A stretch of DNA of 64,000 nt. Source: Pristiophorus japonicus (Eukaryota). Every line of letters starts with the position of its first letter. The stretch's first letter is position 1. The notes beneath the pieces are model-generated. The model had not been told where the DNA came from. It saw nothing but the letters and a program-made list of their open reading frames with translations, and ran no database searches. A program made the translations under genes and the position numbers. This document shows, piece after piece, positions 25,171 through 37,705 of this stretch. The stretch is from NCBI RefSeq assembly GCF_044704955.1, contig NC_092006.1:5580001-5644000 (forward strand), in the 5' to 3' direction.

Positions 25171-26524
25171 CCCCTGCCTCTTTCCTCCCCTCCCCCTTTC
25201 ACTATTCCCTTTGCACTTCCTTAAAAAGAAAGACTTGCATTTATATAGCGCCTTTCACGACCACCGGGCGTCTCAAAGCGCTTTACAGCCAATGGAGAGT
25301 ACTTTTGGAGTGTAGTCACTGTTATAATGTGGGAAACGCGGCAGCCGATTTGCACACAGCAAGCTCCCACAAACAGCCATGTGATAATGACCCAGATCAT
25401 CTGTTTGTTATGTTGGTTGAGGGATAAATATTGGCCCCAGGACACCGGGGAGAACTCGAAATAATGCCTTGGGATTGTTTATGTCCACTTGAGAGAGTAG
25501 ATGGAGCCTCCACCAAACAAAATCGTTTCTCTCTATCTAGTCTATGAAATAGTTAAATCGTCTTAATCACCTCAATTAGATAACCCCCTAATCTTTTATA
25601 CGCAAGGGGGGTCTGTGCACGCTGTCCTTATAAGTTAACCCTTTTTGCCCAACATGGTCCTGGTGAACTTAAAGGCTCTTTATAAAAACCTACAATATAA
25701 ATTAACATTAACAAGAACACTGGGTCGCTGGGAATTTATTCAAACTCTCATAAGATGTTTTGGGAAGTTTCTGGGCGATGGATTTGAACGGGTCTTTGCC
25801 AGGATTGTTGCTGTTCCCGAATCTCATCCGGTTGTACCTGCTGATTCCAAAGTGATCGGAAGGGGAGTGATTAAACTGACTCTGGTGGATAACGCAATGT
25901 AACTACCTGTGGTACAGCCCTGTTTCTGGCTCAATATCTCCTCTGGGTAAAGAAGTTTCTCCTGAATTCCCCATTGGATTTATTAGTGACTGTCTTATAT
26001 TGATGGCCCCTGGTTCTGGTCTCTCCCACAAGTGGAAACACTCCACGTCTACCCTATCGAACCCTTTCAGAAGCTTAAAGACCTGTATCTTGTTGACCCT
26101 CCGTCTCTTTTCGAGGGCCCCAGCAGGTTCAGCCTTTCCTGATGGCAAAACCTCTTAGTTCTGGTATCGTTTTAGTCAATCTTTTTTGCACCTTATCCAG
26201 TGCCTCTATATCGTTTTTATGATACGGAGAGCAGAACTGTGCACAGTGCCCCAAGTGTGGTCTAACCAAGGTCCGATACAAGTTTAACATAATTTCCCGA
26301 CTTTTCAATTCTATCCCTCTACAAATGAACCCTGGTTCTTTGCTTGTTTTAATGGGCTTGTTAAGCTATGTCGTTACATTTAGTGATTAGTGTATCTGTA
26401 CCCCAGATCCCTCTGTTCCTCTACTCCATTATGGAAACTTATTTTCTAAGAAGGAACAGATATTTATAATAGATAACGAATTGCTGACAAAATCACTTCA
26501 CTGCATTATTATGAACATACAGAA

Positions 26525-27387
26525 CATACATTTATATAGTGCTTTTCACGACCACCGGACATCTCGAAGTGCTTTAAAGCCAATGAAGTACTTTTGGAGT
26601 GCACTATTGTAATGTGGGAAACGCAGCAGCCAATTTGTGCACAGCAAGCTCCCACAAACAGCAATATGAAAATGACCCAGATATTCTGTTTTATTTTGTT
26701 AATTGAGCGATAAATATTGGCCAGGCTACCGGAGATAATTCCCCTGCTCTTCTTCGAAACAGTGCGATATTTTATATCCAGATGAGAAAGCAGCTTGGTT
26801 TAATGTCACATCCGAAACACGGCACCTCCGACACTACAGCGCTCCCGCAGTACTGCCCCTCCGACAGTGCGGCGCTCCCGCAGTACTGCCCCTCCGACAG
26901 TGCGGCGCTCCCGCAGTACTGCCCCTCCAACAGTGCGGCGCTCCCGCAGTACTGCCCCTCCGACAGTGCAGTGCTCCCTCAGTACCGCCCCTCCAACAGT
27001 GCGGCGCTCCCTCAGTCCTACCCCTCCGACAGTGCGGCACTCCCTCAGTACTGCCCCTCCGACAGTGCGGTGCTCCCTCAGTACCGCCCCTCCAACAGTG
27101 CGGCACTCCCTCAGTATTGCCCCTCCAACACTCCATCAGTACTGCCCCTCCGACAGTGTGGTGCTCCCTCCGCACTGCCCTCCCTCAGTACTGCCCCTCC
27201 CACAGTACTGCCCTTCCCACAGTGCGGCGCTCCCTCAGTACTGCCTCTCCGACAGTGCGGTGCTCCCTCAGCCCTGCATTGCAGTGTCAGTCTAGATTTT
27301 TGTGCTCAAGTCTCTGGAGTGGGACTTGAACCCACAACCTCTTGTCTCAAAGGCAAGTGTACTGCCCACTGAGCCACAGCTGACACT
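26525..27387 (-). mobile_element. DeuSINE (SacSINE1-like) with 33-bp tandem expansion
   Basis: Full head GTGTCAGCTGTGGCTCAG..GGTTCAAGTCC, Deu core; array ~26825-27270. Confidence 0.8.
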
Positions 27388-28044
27388 TAAAAGGAGCTGC
27401 TGGGTTTAAAATAATCCAGTTTCAATAGTAAATGTGACAAGGTTCACCTCCAGGACACAGCCAGAGAATGTTTGGGATCCATGTAAACGCCAGCTTTAAT
27501 ATCAATGCAGCTTAAACCTGGAATCAGTGTCTGAGTTGCCCCAGAGGTCCTTAGCCCCACATAAATCACATTTGCTCTATAAATGTGCGCTGTAAATCAG
27601 CATTAGAGATACACTGAGCGCATCTGGGCTTGAACGTTCAAAGAGCAGGAATCGCAAACGCAATGCTGGGGTTTGACAACCTGTTTATTTGTATTTGTAA
27701 CATCAGACAGTGAGCCGTGTTAACTACGACTTGAATAATATCGTGCTCACAGACAGCACAATGCATTTAAGAACAATACAAGTGAGGAGAGACAAGCCGG
27801 GACTGAACGGAAATGGCAGGCGACGTGTCGTCTTCGGAGTAGCGGATGATGGGTCAAGAGAGGATTTCGACATGTTTCGAAGCTCCCGCAGAATTCCCCG
27901 TTTGCAAAGCGGCTTGAAATTGCACCGGTGGTGTTTCGGCGTTAAGGTTCTCCAATCGGCGTTACAATGGTTCTGCGTTGGTCAGTTTCCTCTTGCGATT
28001 AATTATTGATCAATGCGCATCAGATCGACAGAGTTCTTATATTC

Positions 28045-28478
28045 AGAGGAAAGGTTGGATAGGCTGGCGTTGTTGTCTTTGGAACAGAGGAGGCTGAGGG
28101 GAGAGCTAATTGAGGTGTGTAAAATGCTGAGGGGCCAGGATAGAGTGGATAGGATGGACCTGTTTCCCTTGGCAGAGGGGTCAACAACCAGGGGGCATAG
28201 ACTGAACGTAATTGGGGGGAGGTTTAGAGGGGAGTTCAGGAGAACTTTGTTCACCCAGAGGGTGGTGGGGGTCTGGGGCGGAGCTCGCTGCCTGAAAGGG
28301 CGGTAGAGGCAGAAACCCTCACCACATTTGGATGTGCACCTGAAGTGCCGTAACCTACAGGGCTACGGACCAAGAGCGGGAAAGTGGGATTAGGCTGGGT
28401 GGCTCTTGGTCGGCCGGCCCGGACACGATGGGCCGTAATGGCCTCCTTCCGGGCTGTAAGTTTCTAGCGTTTCTATGG
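28045..28478 (+). mobile_element. CR1 fragment in the gene B 3' UTR
   Basis: ORF 28013..28306; TTCAGAGGAAA present at both ends (TSD-like). Confidence 0.8.
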
Positions 28479-28504
28479 TTTCAGAGGAAACTTTCCACCA
28501 TGCT

Positions 28505-28582
28505 TCATATCCATGAGCTGTTCACTTTCCTTTCCCGTCGGACTGTTGGATCCGCCTTAAATGCCAGTTGGGCGTAAAGAGT
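28505..28582 (-). CDS. Gene B terminal exon ([25 protein letters not shown])
   Basis: tttctgttttctctcatag| acceptor; homologous to the gene C terminal exon. Confidence 0.85.
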   Translation of the reverse strand, partial: TLYAQLAFKADPTVRRERKVNSSWI

Positions 28583-31500
28583 CTATGAGAGAAAACAGAA
28601 ACCATTATCGCGGCTCACATCATCACCATCGGAACGGAGTGACAGGAGGAGGCCATTCAGCCCCTCGAGCATGTTCCCCCACTCAATAAGATAAGAACAT
28701 AAGAAATAGGAGCAGGAGTCGGCCATTCGGCCCCTCGAGCCTGCTCCGCCATTTAATGAGATCATGGCCGATCTGATCATGGACTCAGCTCCACTCCCCT
28801 GCCCGCTCCCCATAACCTCTTATCGCCTTATCGTTCAAGAAACTGTCTATCTCTGTCTTAAATTTATTCAATGTCCCAGCTTCCACAGCTCTCTGAGGCA
28901 GCGAATTCCACAGATTTACAACCCTCTGAGAGAAGAAATTTCTCCTCATCTCAGTTTTAAATGGGCGGCCCCTTATTCTAAGATCGTGCCCCCTAGTTCT
29001 AGTCTCCCCCATCAGTGGAAACATCCTCTCTGCATCCACAGCTGATCCTGTATCTTAACTCACTCTACCCACCTTGGTTCCCTAACCCTTAATCCCCTTA
29101 CCCAACAAGAGTCGATCCACCTCTGTCTTGACATTTCCAACTGACCCCCGACCTCGACAGCTTTTTGGGGGAGAGAGTTCCAGATTTCCGCTCCCCTTTG
29201 TGTGAAGAAGTGTTTCCTGTCATCACCCCTGAACGGTCTGGCTCGAATTTTAAGGTGACGTCCCCTTGGTCTGGACTCACCCTGCCAAAGGAACTCATTT
29301 CTCTCTCTATCCACCCTATCGAACACTTTAATCATCATAAACAACTCGATTAGATCGCCCTTTAATCTTCTATACTCCAGGGAATAAAAGCTTAGTCTGT
29401 GCGACCTGTCTTAATAATTTAACGCTTTTAGCCCCTGTATTATTAGTTAGGCCACAGCTGGAGTACTGCGTGCAGCTCTGGTCACCACATTACAGGAAAG
29501 ATGTGATTGCACTGGAGAGGGTGCAGAGGAGATTTACCAGGATGTTGCACTGGAGAGGGTGCAGAGGAGATTTACCAGGATGTTGCACGAGAGAGGGTGC
29601 AGAGGAGATTTACCAGGATGTTGCACTAGAGAGCGTGCAGAGGAGATTTACCAGGATGTTGCACTGGAGAGGGTGCAGAGGAGATTTACCAGGATGTTGC
29701 ACTGGAGAGGGTGCAGAGGAGATTTACCAGGATGTTGCACTGGAGAGGGTGCAGAGGAGATTTACCAGGATGTTACACTAGAGAGGGTGCAGAGGAGATT
29801 TACCAGGATGTTGCACTGGAGAGGGTACAGAGGAGATTTACTTGGATGTTACACTAGAGAGGGTGCAGAGGAGATTTAGCAGGACGTTGCACTGGAGAGG
29901 GTACAGAGGAGATTTACTTGGATGTTACACTAGAGAGGGTGCAGAGGAGATTTAGCAGGACGTTGCACTGGAGAGGGTACAGAGGAGATTTACCAGGATG
30001 TTGCATGGACTGGAGAATTTTAGCGACGAGGAAAGATTGGATAGGCTGGGGGTTGTTTTCTCTGCAACAGAGGAGGCTGAGGGGGGACCTGATTGAGGTG
30101 TATAAAATGATGAGGGGCCTGGATAGAGTGGATAGGAAGGACCTGTTTCCCTTGGCAGAGGGGGTCAACAACCAGTAGGCATAGATTGAAAGTAATTGGG
30201 GGGAGGTTTAGAGGGGGTTTGAGGGGAAATGTCTTCACCCAGAGGGTGGTGGGGGTCTGGGGCGGAACTCACTGCCTGAAAGGGTGGTAGAGGCAGAAAC
30301 CCTCACCACATTTAACAAGTACCTGGATGTACACTTGAAGTGCTGTAACCTACAGGGCTACGGACCGAGAGCGGGAAAGTGGGATTAGGCTGGGTGGCTC
30401 TTGGTCGGCCGGCGCAGACACGATGGGCCGAATGGCCTCCTTCCGCGCTGTAAACTTCTGTGATTCTATGATTATTCTGTCAACTTGTAATTATATATAA
30501 TCGCCAACTTAAAACATAGACCGATATTTTGTAATCTGTTTTTGCAGTTCTATCAAAATAAACTGCTTTCCTGCGGAGTTCATTATGCAAAGTTTTATAG
30601 AATCGTTAACTATGAATCTTAACCGTTGGATTAAGGATGAGTGCAGGTAACTGCAAGGTGTCAAGCAAAGACAATTATTTTCACTCTCACCTCCTTATCT
30701 CTTGCACCTGGTCTGGAATCCGTGAATTTCTCATCGCTGGCCGTGTTACCTGAAATAAAGGGAATGCAATCTAAGTCTAAATGCACACACATTTCATGCT
30801 GACATGCACCGAGCCAAACGTTGTTTCCTTCAGGTAATTATCCAACTCCCTTTTGAAAGCCACGTTTGAGTCTGCCTCTACCACCCTCTCAGGCAGTATG
30901 TTCCAGACCCTAACCACTCGCTGCTTAAAAATAGTTTTTCCTCATTTCGCCTTTGCTTCTTCTGCCTTAAATCTGTGTCCTCTGCTTCTCCACCCTTCTC
31001 CCAACGAGAACAGTTCCTCTCTGTCTGGACCCCTCACGATTTGGCCATCCTGACTTGGGCATAGGTCATTGGGTCACAATCCCGGCACTCCATCCCTAAC
31101 AGCACTGTTAGGAGCACCTTCACCACAGCGGACTGTCGAACTCGTTTGGCAGAACGTCTCATCGCAAGAGCTTTCACACAAGCACCAAGACGTAGCTTGG
31201 TTGGCGGTGAGGAGGGCCTTACCCGTCAGAGCCTTCATGCACAGCCGGCGTCTCAGCAGCACGGCACGGTGCCCCCGAGTCGGCTGCAGGGCGGACAAGA
31301 CTGTCACCCATCTCCTTCAGGATTGCCCCTTCGCAAGGCAGGTTTGGAAAGAGATGCAGTGGTTGCTGTCGAGGTTCATCCCGAGCAGCTCCGTAACACA
31401 GGACTCTGTGCTCTACGGGCTGTTCCCAGGGACACACACCCAGACTAACATCACCTGCTGCTGGAGGGCCATCAACTCGGTCAAAGACGCTCTTTGGTCT

Positions 31501-34500
31501 TGCCGAGACTTGCTGGTCTTCCAGAGCAAGGAGATGTCCACGTCTGCGTGTTGCAGACTGGCGCAATCCACGATCCAGGATTACGTGCTGAGGGACACAC
31601 TTAAAATTGGTGCTGTCGTCGCAAAGGCACGGTGGGGAAGGGCCACAGTTTAAAGCCCTTCTGTCACGGTAAACCCAGGGGCAGGAATCAGTACAAAACT
31701 CCCCTCGGGCCGTACTTGTAACTTCTTTTTTGTGTACATGGAGCACCATGATCTGTAAACACCTATGTAGTGCCATGTACAATGTAAGGTCTGTTTCGTA
31801 ATGCACGTTGAAAAGAAAAATGTAAATGTACCGTCACCCATTCCGTGTACTGTATAGTGACACATGTAATGTAATTTGTCGAATGTACTACAAGGTATCC
31901 TGTATTGTACCGAATTGTACTTGAACTGAAAAGCAAAGAAATGTATCGAACGGAACTGCCGTCAGCACCCAAATGTAGTGTATGGGATTGCTGACCGCAG
32001 CTAAATGTACTGAACTGCTTTTGAATGTACTGTACAAATTTTTATACGAATAAAGTATATTTTGAAATTTAAAAAAATAACACAGTAACTGGATAGATTG
32101 GCCGCGCCTCCCGACCGCCGCTACCTGACTGCCGGGTCCTGCAGCTCCAGCTCGCCGTCACCGTCACCATCAGGAGGAGGAGAAGCGCCACCGAGCAAGT
32201 CACCAAAACCCATAAACTACAGTCGCTGTGCAGCGGGAGCCCTGTACACAAGGGGGAAAAACAGCCACTTAGTTAAAAAAAATCCCGTAACCCAAGCCCT
32301 CTGCTTCTCGCAGGAGGTTCAGGGAGACCCAATACCATCTTCCAGGGTCCACGAGGGTTAGATACTCAATACCAAGTCTTCCCAACATCAATAGATAGAG
32401 ATAGACAGACAGACGTATCGACAGATAGATAGACAGACAGACAGATGTATAGACAGATAGACAGACGTATCGACAGATAGATAGACAGACAGACAGATGT
32501 ATAGACAGACAGACAGACAGATAGATGTATAGATAGATAGATAGACAGATGTATAGATAAATAGATAGATAGGTGTATAGACAGATGTATAGATAGATAG
32601 ATAGATAGATAGATAGACAGATGTATAGATAAATAGATAGNNNNNNNNNNNNNNNNNNNNNNNNNNNNNNNNNNNNNNNNNNNNNNNNNNNNNNNNNNNN
32701 NNNNNNNNNNNNNNNNNNNNNNNNNNNNNNNNNNNNNNNNNNNNNNNNNNNNNNNNNNNNNNNNNNNNNNNNNNNNNNNNNNNNNNNNNNNNNNNNNNNN
32801 NNNNNNNNNNNNNNNNNNNNNNNNNNNNNNNNNNNNNNNNNNTGGGTGTCATGGTACATCAGTCATTGAAAGTTGGCATGCAGCTACAGCAGGCGGTGAA
32901 GAAGGCAAATGGCATGTTGGCCTTCATAGCGAGGGGAATTGAGTATAGGAACAGGGAGGTCTTACTGCAGTTGTACAGGGCCTTGGTGAGGCCTCACCTG
33001 GAATATTGTGTAGAGTTTTGGTCTCCTCATCTGAGGAAGGACATTCTTGCTATTGAGGGAATGCAGCAAAGGTTCACCAGACTGATTCCTGGGATGGCAG
33101 GACTGACATATGAAGAAAGACTGGATCGACTAGGCTTATATTCACTGGAATTTAGAAGAATGAGAGGGGATCTCATAGAAACATATAAAATTGTGACGGG
33201 ACTGGACAGGTTAGAAGCAGGAAGAATGTTCCCAATGTTGGGGAAGTCCAGAACCAGGGGTCACAGTCTAAGGATAAGGGGTAGGCCACTTCGGACCGAG
33301 ATGAGGAGAAACTTCTTCACTCAGAGAATTGTGAACCTGTGGAATTCTCTACCACAGAAAGTTGTTGAAGCCAGTTCGTTGGATATATTCAAGAGGGAGT
33401 TAGATGTGGACCTTATGGCTAAAGGGATCAAGGGGTATGGAGAGAAAGCAGGAATGGGGTACTGAAGTTGAATGATCAGCCATGATCATACTGAATGGTG
33501 GTGCAGGCTCGAAGGGCCGAATGGCCTGCTCCTGCACCTACTTTCTATGTTTCTATATTTGGACGGACGGATAGATGGTAAACAGACAGATAGGTTACAG
33601 ATAATACAACACTTGGTAAAGCAGTGGATCAGGATGAGGATAATTATAGGCTGCAGGAGAGCACAGACGGGTTGGTGAAATGGCCGTCAGCACGGCCGGT
33701 GGGGTTCAAAGCGGGGAAGTGTTAAGTGTTTCAGTTTGGGAGGAGTAACAGGGACAGACAATGTACTGTGAATGGCATCGAGCGAGGACGTGATCCACCG
33801 GAAATGGCAGTATATTATTCTCCAATTTGACCCATGGATCGCCCAGGAATATACCTGCTCTCCCAGCAGGTAGATATGACCTAGCAGGACAGAAGGACCT
33901 TATAATTGAGAAAGCTAAACATTGAGAGATCTGGGAGAGGTAAATCATTGAGATACTTACACACGAATTTGCAGAAAGGAAGAGAATTTGAATGTATAAC
34001 GTGACAGGGCTAACAATGATCTCTTACATCACCATTGAAGATATTAGTGAAGGAGAATAGTTACCGCTCAGCGATGAGATGCTTTCACTGATGAAATTGC
34101 CGGTGGAATTGACCGGAATGGCGCAAGTGCAGACAGCGCCACTCCGCCATGTTTCCGCCGAGACGCTGAGGTGACTCCCGACCGTGAGCGTCCCGTCCGG
34201 CTCGGTGGTCCCGGAGTCGCTCCGTCCCTCGGCGAGCCGTCCTGAAACATTCCAGCGGACGGGAAGGGAATCGGGAGTCAGGCTTCTGACCAGACACAGC
34301 AGCGGGACCCTCGCCAGCGAGGGAATTTCGTCCTGCGGCGGAGTTAAGAGCTGTATTTCCGGAGACCCTGCCGAATTTGGGGAGGATTAATATTCGACGG
34401 AAATCGGCCGTTATTTACGACGAAATTCGTAAACGAATTCTTACCTGTAATGAGCAATTTCGAGCCGTTTCCGAATATAAGGTGCAATAGACTAGATTTC

Positions 34501-35826
34501 TTAGCTGCACAGTAATACACCCCTGAATCGTTCCCCTGGACCTCGTTCACAATCAGAGAGTAAATATTGAATTTGTCGTCAATTTGTCTGGAAAATCTCC
34601 CTTCAGGAATATTGTAGTCGCTCACGGTGTAAACTTTCTGCAGAGGTCCTCGGTTCTGCTGCTTATACCACTGCACAGCTCGAGTCAGCAACTGACCAGT
34701 GTGACAATCCGCCTTGAAGGTACTGCCAACCGAGAGAGTCTGGACCAACGGACTCTGGGCGAAATAGTCTTGGGAGGCAATAACTGAGAGAAGAACATGG
34801 TCACCACGGGGTCTGTTACAACAGGAATAAACACCGCTTCAGATCAAGAAACCCACAAAGCAGTGAACGGTGAGAGAGGCGCTCATGTTCAAGGAGCCTC
34901 ATTTCTAATTGAGTTCAATGCTGAGGGTTAACATTGAGCCAATAACAGGAGANNNNNNNNNNNNNNNNNNNNNNNNNNNNNNNNNNNNNNNNNNNNNNNN
35001 NNNNNNNNNNNNNNNNNNNNNNNNNNNNNNNNNNNNNNNNNNNNNNNNNNNNNNNNNNNNNNNNNNNNNNNNNNNNNNNNNNNNNNNNNNNNNNNNNNNN
35101 NNNNNNNNNNNNNNNNNNNNNNNNNNNNNNNNNNNNNNNNNNNNNNNNNNNNNNNNNNNNNNNNNNNNNNNNNNNNNNNNNNNNNNNNNNNNNNNNNNNN
35201 NNNNNNNNNNNNNNNNNNNNNNNNNNNNNNNNNNNNNNNNNNNNNNNNNNNNNNATAGAGAGAAAGAGAGAGAAACAGATAGAGAAAAAGAGAGAGAGAA
35301 AGAAAGATAAAGAGATAGAGAGAGGGAAAGAAAGAAAGAGTTGGATTTATATAGCGCCTTTCGCAACCACTGGACTCAAAGTGCTTTACAGCCAATGAAG
35401 TACTTTTTGAAGTGTAGTCACTGTTGTAATGTGGGAAACACGGCGCACAGCAAGCTCCCACAAATAGCAATGTGATAATGACCCAGATCAGCTGTTTTCG
35501 AGATGCTGATTGAGGGATAAATATTGGCCCCAGGACACAGGGGAGAACTCCCCTGCTCTTCTTCGAAATAGTGGCCGTGGGATCTTTTACGTCCGCCTGA
35601 GAGACCAGACGGGGCCTCGGTTTAACGTCTCAGGCAATAGATGCAGAATATTGACATTAGGTCTATTTCCCACCAGCCTGAGATATTGCACGATGCTAAT
35701 ATCAGTGAACGCAGCGCGTAATCTCCGACTCGGCTGATCTTACGCCGCAGTTCCGCCATGGATTACCAGCAAATTCGACTGACCTGGAAAGAGAAGGGCG
35801 AGCACGCAGGGAGCTAAGCGATGCAT
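28505..35826 (-). CDS. Gene B: non-rearranging VJ-C1-TM-ITIM-like IgSF receptor; complement(join(28505..28582,30691..30749,32125..32241,34065..34367,34445..34783,35784..35826)), 312 aa
   Basis: All junctions GT-AG and phase-consistent; 939 nt; AATAAA on the minus strand at 27684-27689. Two N gaps fall inside its introns. Confidence 0.87.
29505..30005 (+). repeat. 38-bp minisatellite (TGCACTGGAGAGGGTGCAGAGGAGATTTACCAGGATGT) expanded from CR1 ORF2
   Basis: About 13 copies; the flanks are a contiguous CR1 (29445-30470). Confidence 0.9.
30691..30749 (-). CDS. Gene B exon 5, cytoplasmic ([20 protein letters not shown])
   Basis: ctttatttcag| acceptor, GAG|gtgaga donor; 59 nt converts phase 1 to 0 as required. 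Confidence 0.8.
31135..32078 (+). mobile_element. Tx1/L1-clade LINE 3' portion in gene B intron 4
   Basis: ORF 31069..31653 with zinc-finger region; AATAAA and A-tail. Confidence 0.85.
32125..32241 (-). CDS. Gene B exon 4, stalk and TM ([39 protein letters not shown])
   Basis: tgtgtacag| acceptor, TCAG|gtagcg donor; 117 nt, phase 1-1; homologous to the gene C TM exon. Confidence 0.88.
32641..32842. other. Assembly gap
   Basis: Run of N adjacent to a GATA/GACA microsatellite. Confidence 1.
32843..33556 (+). mobile_element. CR1 LINE 3' fragment
   Basis: ORF 32851..33465. Confidence 0.92.
34065..34367 (-). CDS. Gene B exon 3, C1-set domain (missed by the ORF track)
   Basis: Open frame [40 protein letters not shown]..; ggcag| acceptor, AGCG|gtaact donor; 303 nt. 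Confidence 0.93.
34445..34783 (-). CDS. Gene B exon 2, V domain with canonical J motif [10 protein letters not shown]
   Basis: ttctctcag| acceptor; [25 protein letters not shown]; donor ACAG|gtaaga; 339 nt. Confidence 0.95.
34953..35254. other. Assembly gap
   Basis: Run of N adjacent to a GA microsatellite in gene B intron 1. Confidence 1.
35784..35826 (-). CDS. Gene B exon 1, signal peptide [14 protein letters not shown]
   Basis: 43-nt ATG exon ending CCAG|gtcagt; same length as the leaders of C and D. Confidence 0.8.
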
Positions 35827-35970
35827 TGTCTGCGACCTGAGGCGTTTGCTGTCCAGCTTCACACTGACGCTTTGCCGGGAGGTCTTTGCGCCCGCAAGCG
35901 ACGTGAAATGCACACAGCTTGCAGAACGTGCGTTTAAAAATAGCGGTCTGGAAAATCCAGCCCGGTGCGA

Positions 35971-35994
35971 AAGCTGGCTGCGGGTTTCCTGTTG
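35971..35994 (-). promoter_or_regulatory. Family promoter motif upstream of gene B
   Basis: aagctggctgcgggtttcctgttg, 145 nt upstream of the ATG. Confidence 0.6.
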
Positions 35995-36379
35995 ACACAC
36001 GAGGCGCCCACGCACAGATGTGCCTGCAAAGGGCAATGTGTTACAGCTGGTCTGAAGGGTGCTGTGCAGTCGAGACCCATTAAACCGTGAACTAACGCCA
36101 GGCGGTGCAGAATTCCACACACCGTGTACCGCTTGTGCAATTCGAGTGGCCGCGGGGGAATTATCCCGTTTCCGAGTGTTGCGATCGATTGGTCCAGAAT
36201 GCATTCATTGATACACCCTTACTCGTACCAACAAAAAATGGATCACATTCTGCCCAGAGAATGCCCTTCAAATTCTTACACTGGTAAAAAAGCAGGCACA
36301 AGGCCTCTTTTTTTACCAGCGTAAGAGTTTAAAGCAACAGGAAAATAAAATATTATCACCTATTAGCTGTAGGCTGCAG

Positions 36380-36856
36380 GACAATAGAACTGACCACACT
36401 CGATCAGCTCCACTGGGCAGGCCACATAGTTCGCATGCCAGACACGAGACTCCCAAAGCAAATGCTCTATGCGGAGCTCCGTCATGGTAATCGAGCCAAA
36501 GGTGGGCAGAGGAAACGTTACAAGGACCACCCTCAAAGCCTCCCTGGTAAAGTGCGACATCACCACCGACACCTGGGAGACCCTGGCCGCAGACCGCCCG
36601 AGGTAGAGAACGTCCATCCGGGAGGGCGTTGAGCCCTTCGAGTCTCGACGCAAAGAGCGTGAAGAGGTCAGGCACAGGCAGCGGAAGGAGCACGCGGCAA
36701 ACCAGCCCCACCCACCCCTTCCCCCGCCGAATGTCTGTCCCACCTGTGACAGGGTCTGTGACTCTCGTATCGGACCGTTCAGCCACCAGAGAACTCACTT
36801 TGGGAGTGGAGGCAAGTCTTCCCCGATTCCGAGGGACTGCCTGTGATGATGATGAT
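36380..36856 (+). mobile_element. RTE-clade LINE 3' fragment (similar piece at 53700-53998)
   Basis: MPDTRLPKQ.LY.EL..G.R..GGQRKRYKD motif; (GAT)n tail. Confidence 0.8.
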
Positions 36857-36859
36857 ACG

Positions 36860-37705
36860 ATCAATGAACTGGTCAGGTGGGCAGAACAGCGGCAAATGGA
36901 ATTCAATCCAGAGAAGTGTGAGGTAATGCATTTGGGGAGGGCTAACAAGGCAAGGGAATACATTGAATGGTCAGACACTGAGAAGTGTAGAGGAACAGAG
37001 GGACCTTGGAGTGCAGGTCCACAGATCCCTGAAGGTAGCAGGCCAGGTGGATAAGGTGGTTAAGAAGGCATACGGAATACCTGCCTTTATTAGCCGAGGC
37101 ATGGAATACAAGAGCAGGGAGGATATGCTTGAACTGTATAAAACACTGGTTAGGCCACAGCTGGAGTACTGCGTGCAGTTCTGGTCAGGAAAGATGTGAT
37201 TGCACTGGAGAGGGCGCATAGGAGATTTACCAGGATGTTGCCGGGACTGGAGAACTTTAGCGATGAGGAAAGATTGGATAGGCTGGGGTTGTTTTCTTTG
37301 GAACAGAGGAGGCTGAGGGGAGAGGTTATTGAGGTGTCTAAAATTACGAGGGGCCTGGATAGAGTGGATAGGACGGACCTGTTTCCCTTGGCAGAGGGGT
37401 CAACAACCAGGGGGCACAGATTTAAAGTAATTGAGGGGAGGTTTAGAGGAGATTTGAGGGGAAATTTCTTCACCCAGAGGGCGGTGGGGGTCTGGGGCGG
37501 AACTCACTGCCTGAAAGGGTGGTAGAGGCAGAAACCCTCACCACATTTAACAAGTACCTGGATGTGCACTTGAGGTGCCGTAACCTACAGGGCTATGGAC
37601 CGAGAGCGGGAAAGTGGGATTAGGCCGGGTGGCTCTTGGTCGGCCGGCGCGGACACGATGGGCTGAAACGGCCTCCTTCCTTGCCGTAAATGTCTATGAT
37701 TCTAC
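36860..37705 (+). mobile_element. CR1 LINE fragment
   Basis: ORFs 36963..37199 and 37196..37525. Confidence 0.88.

Noticed and set aside
34026-34064. Downstream alternative C1 donor (GTGAT|gtaaga in B, GTGAT|gtgagt in C)
   Set aside because: It gives phase 2 in B and crosses an in-frame TAA in C, so the upstream G|gtaact donor was used. A secreted or NMD isoform cannot be excluded.
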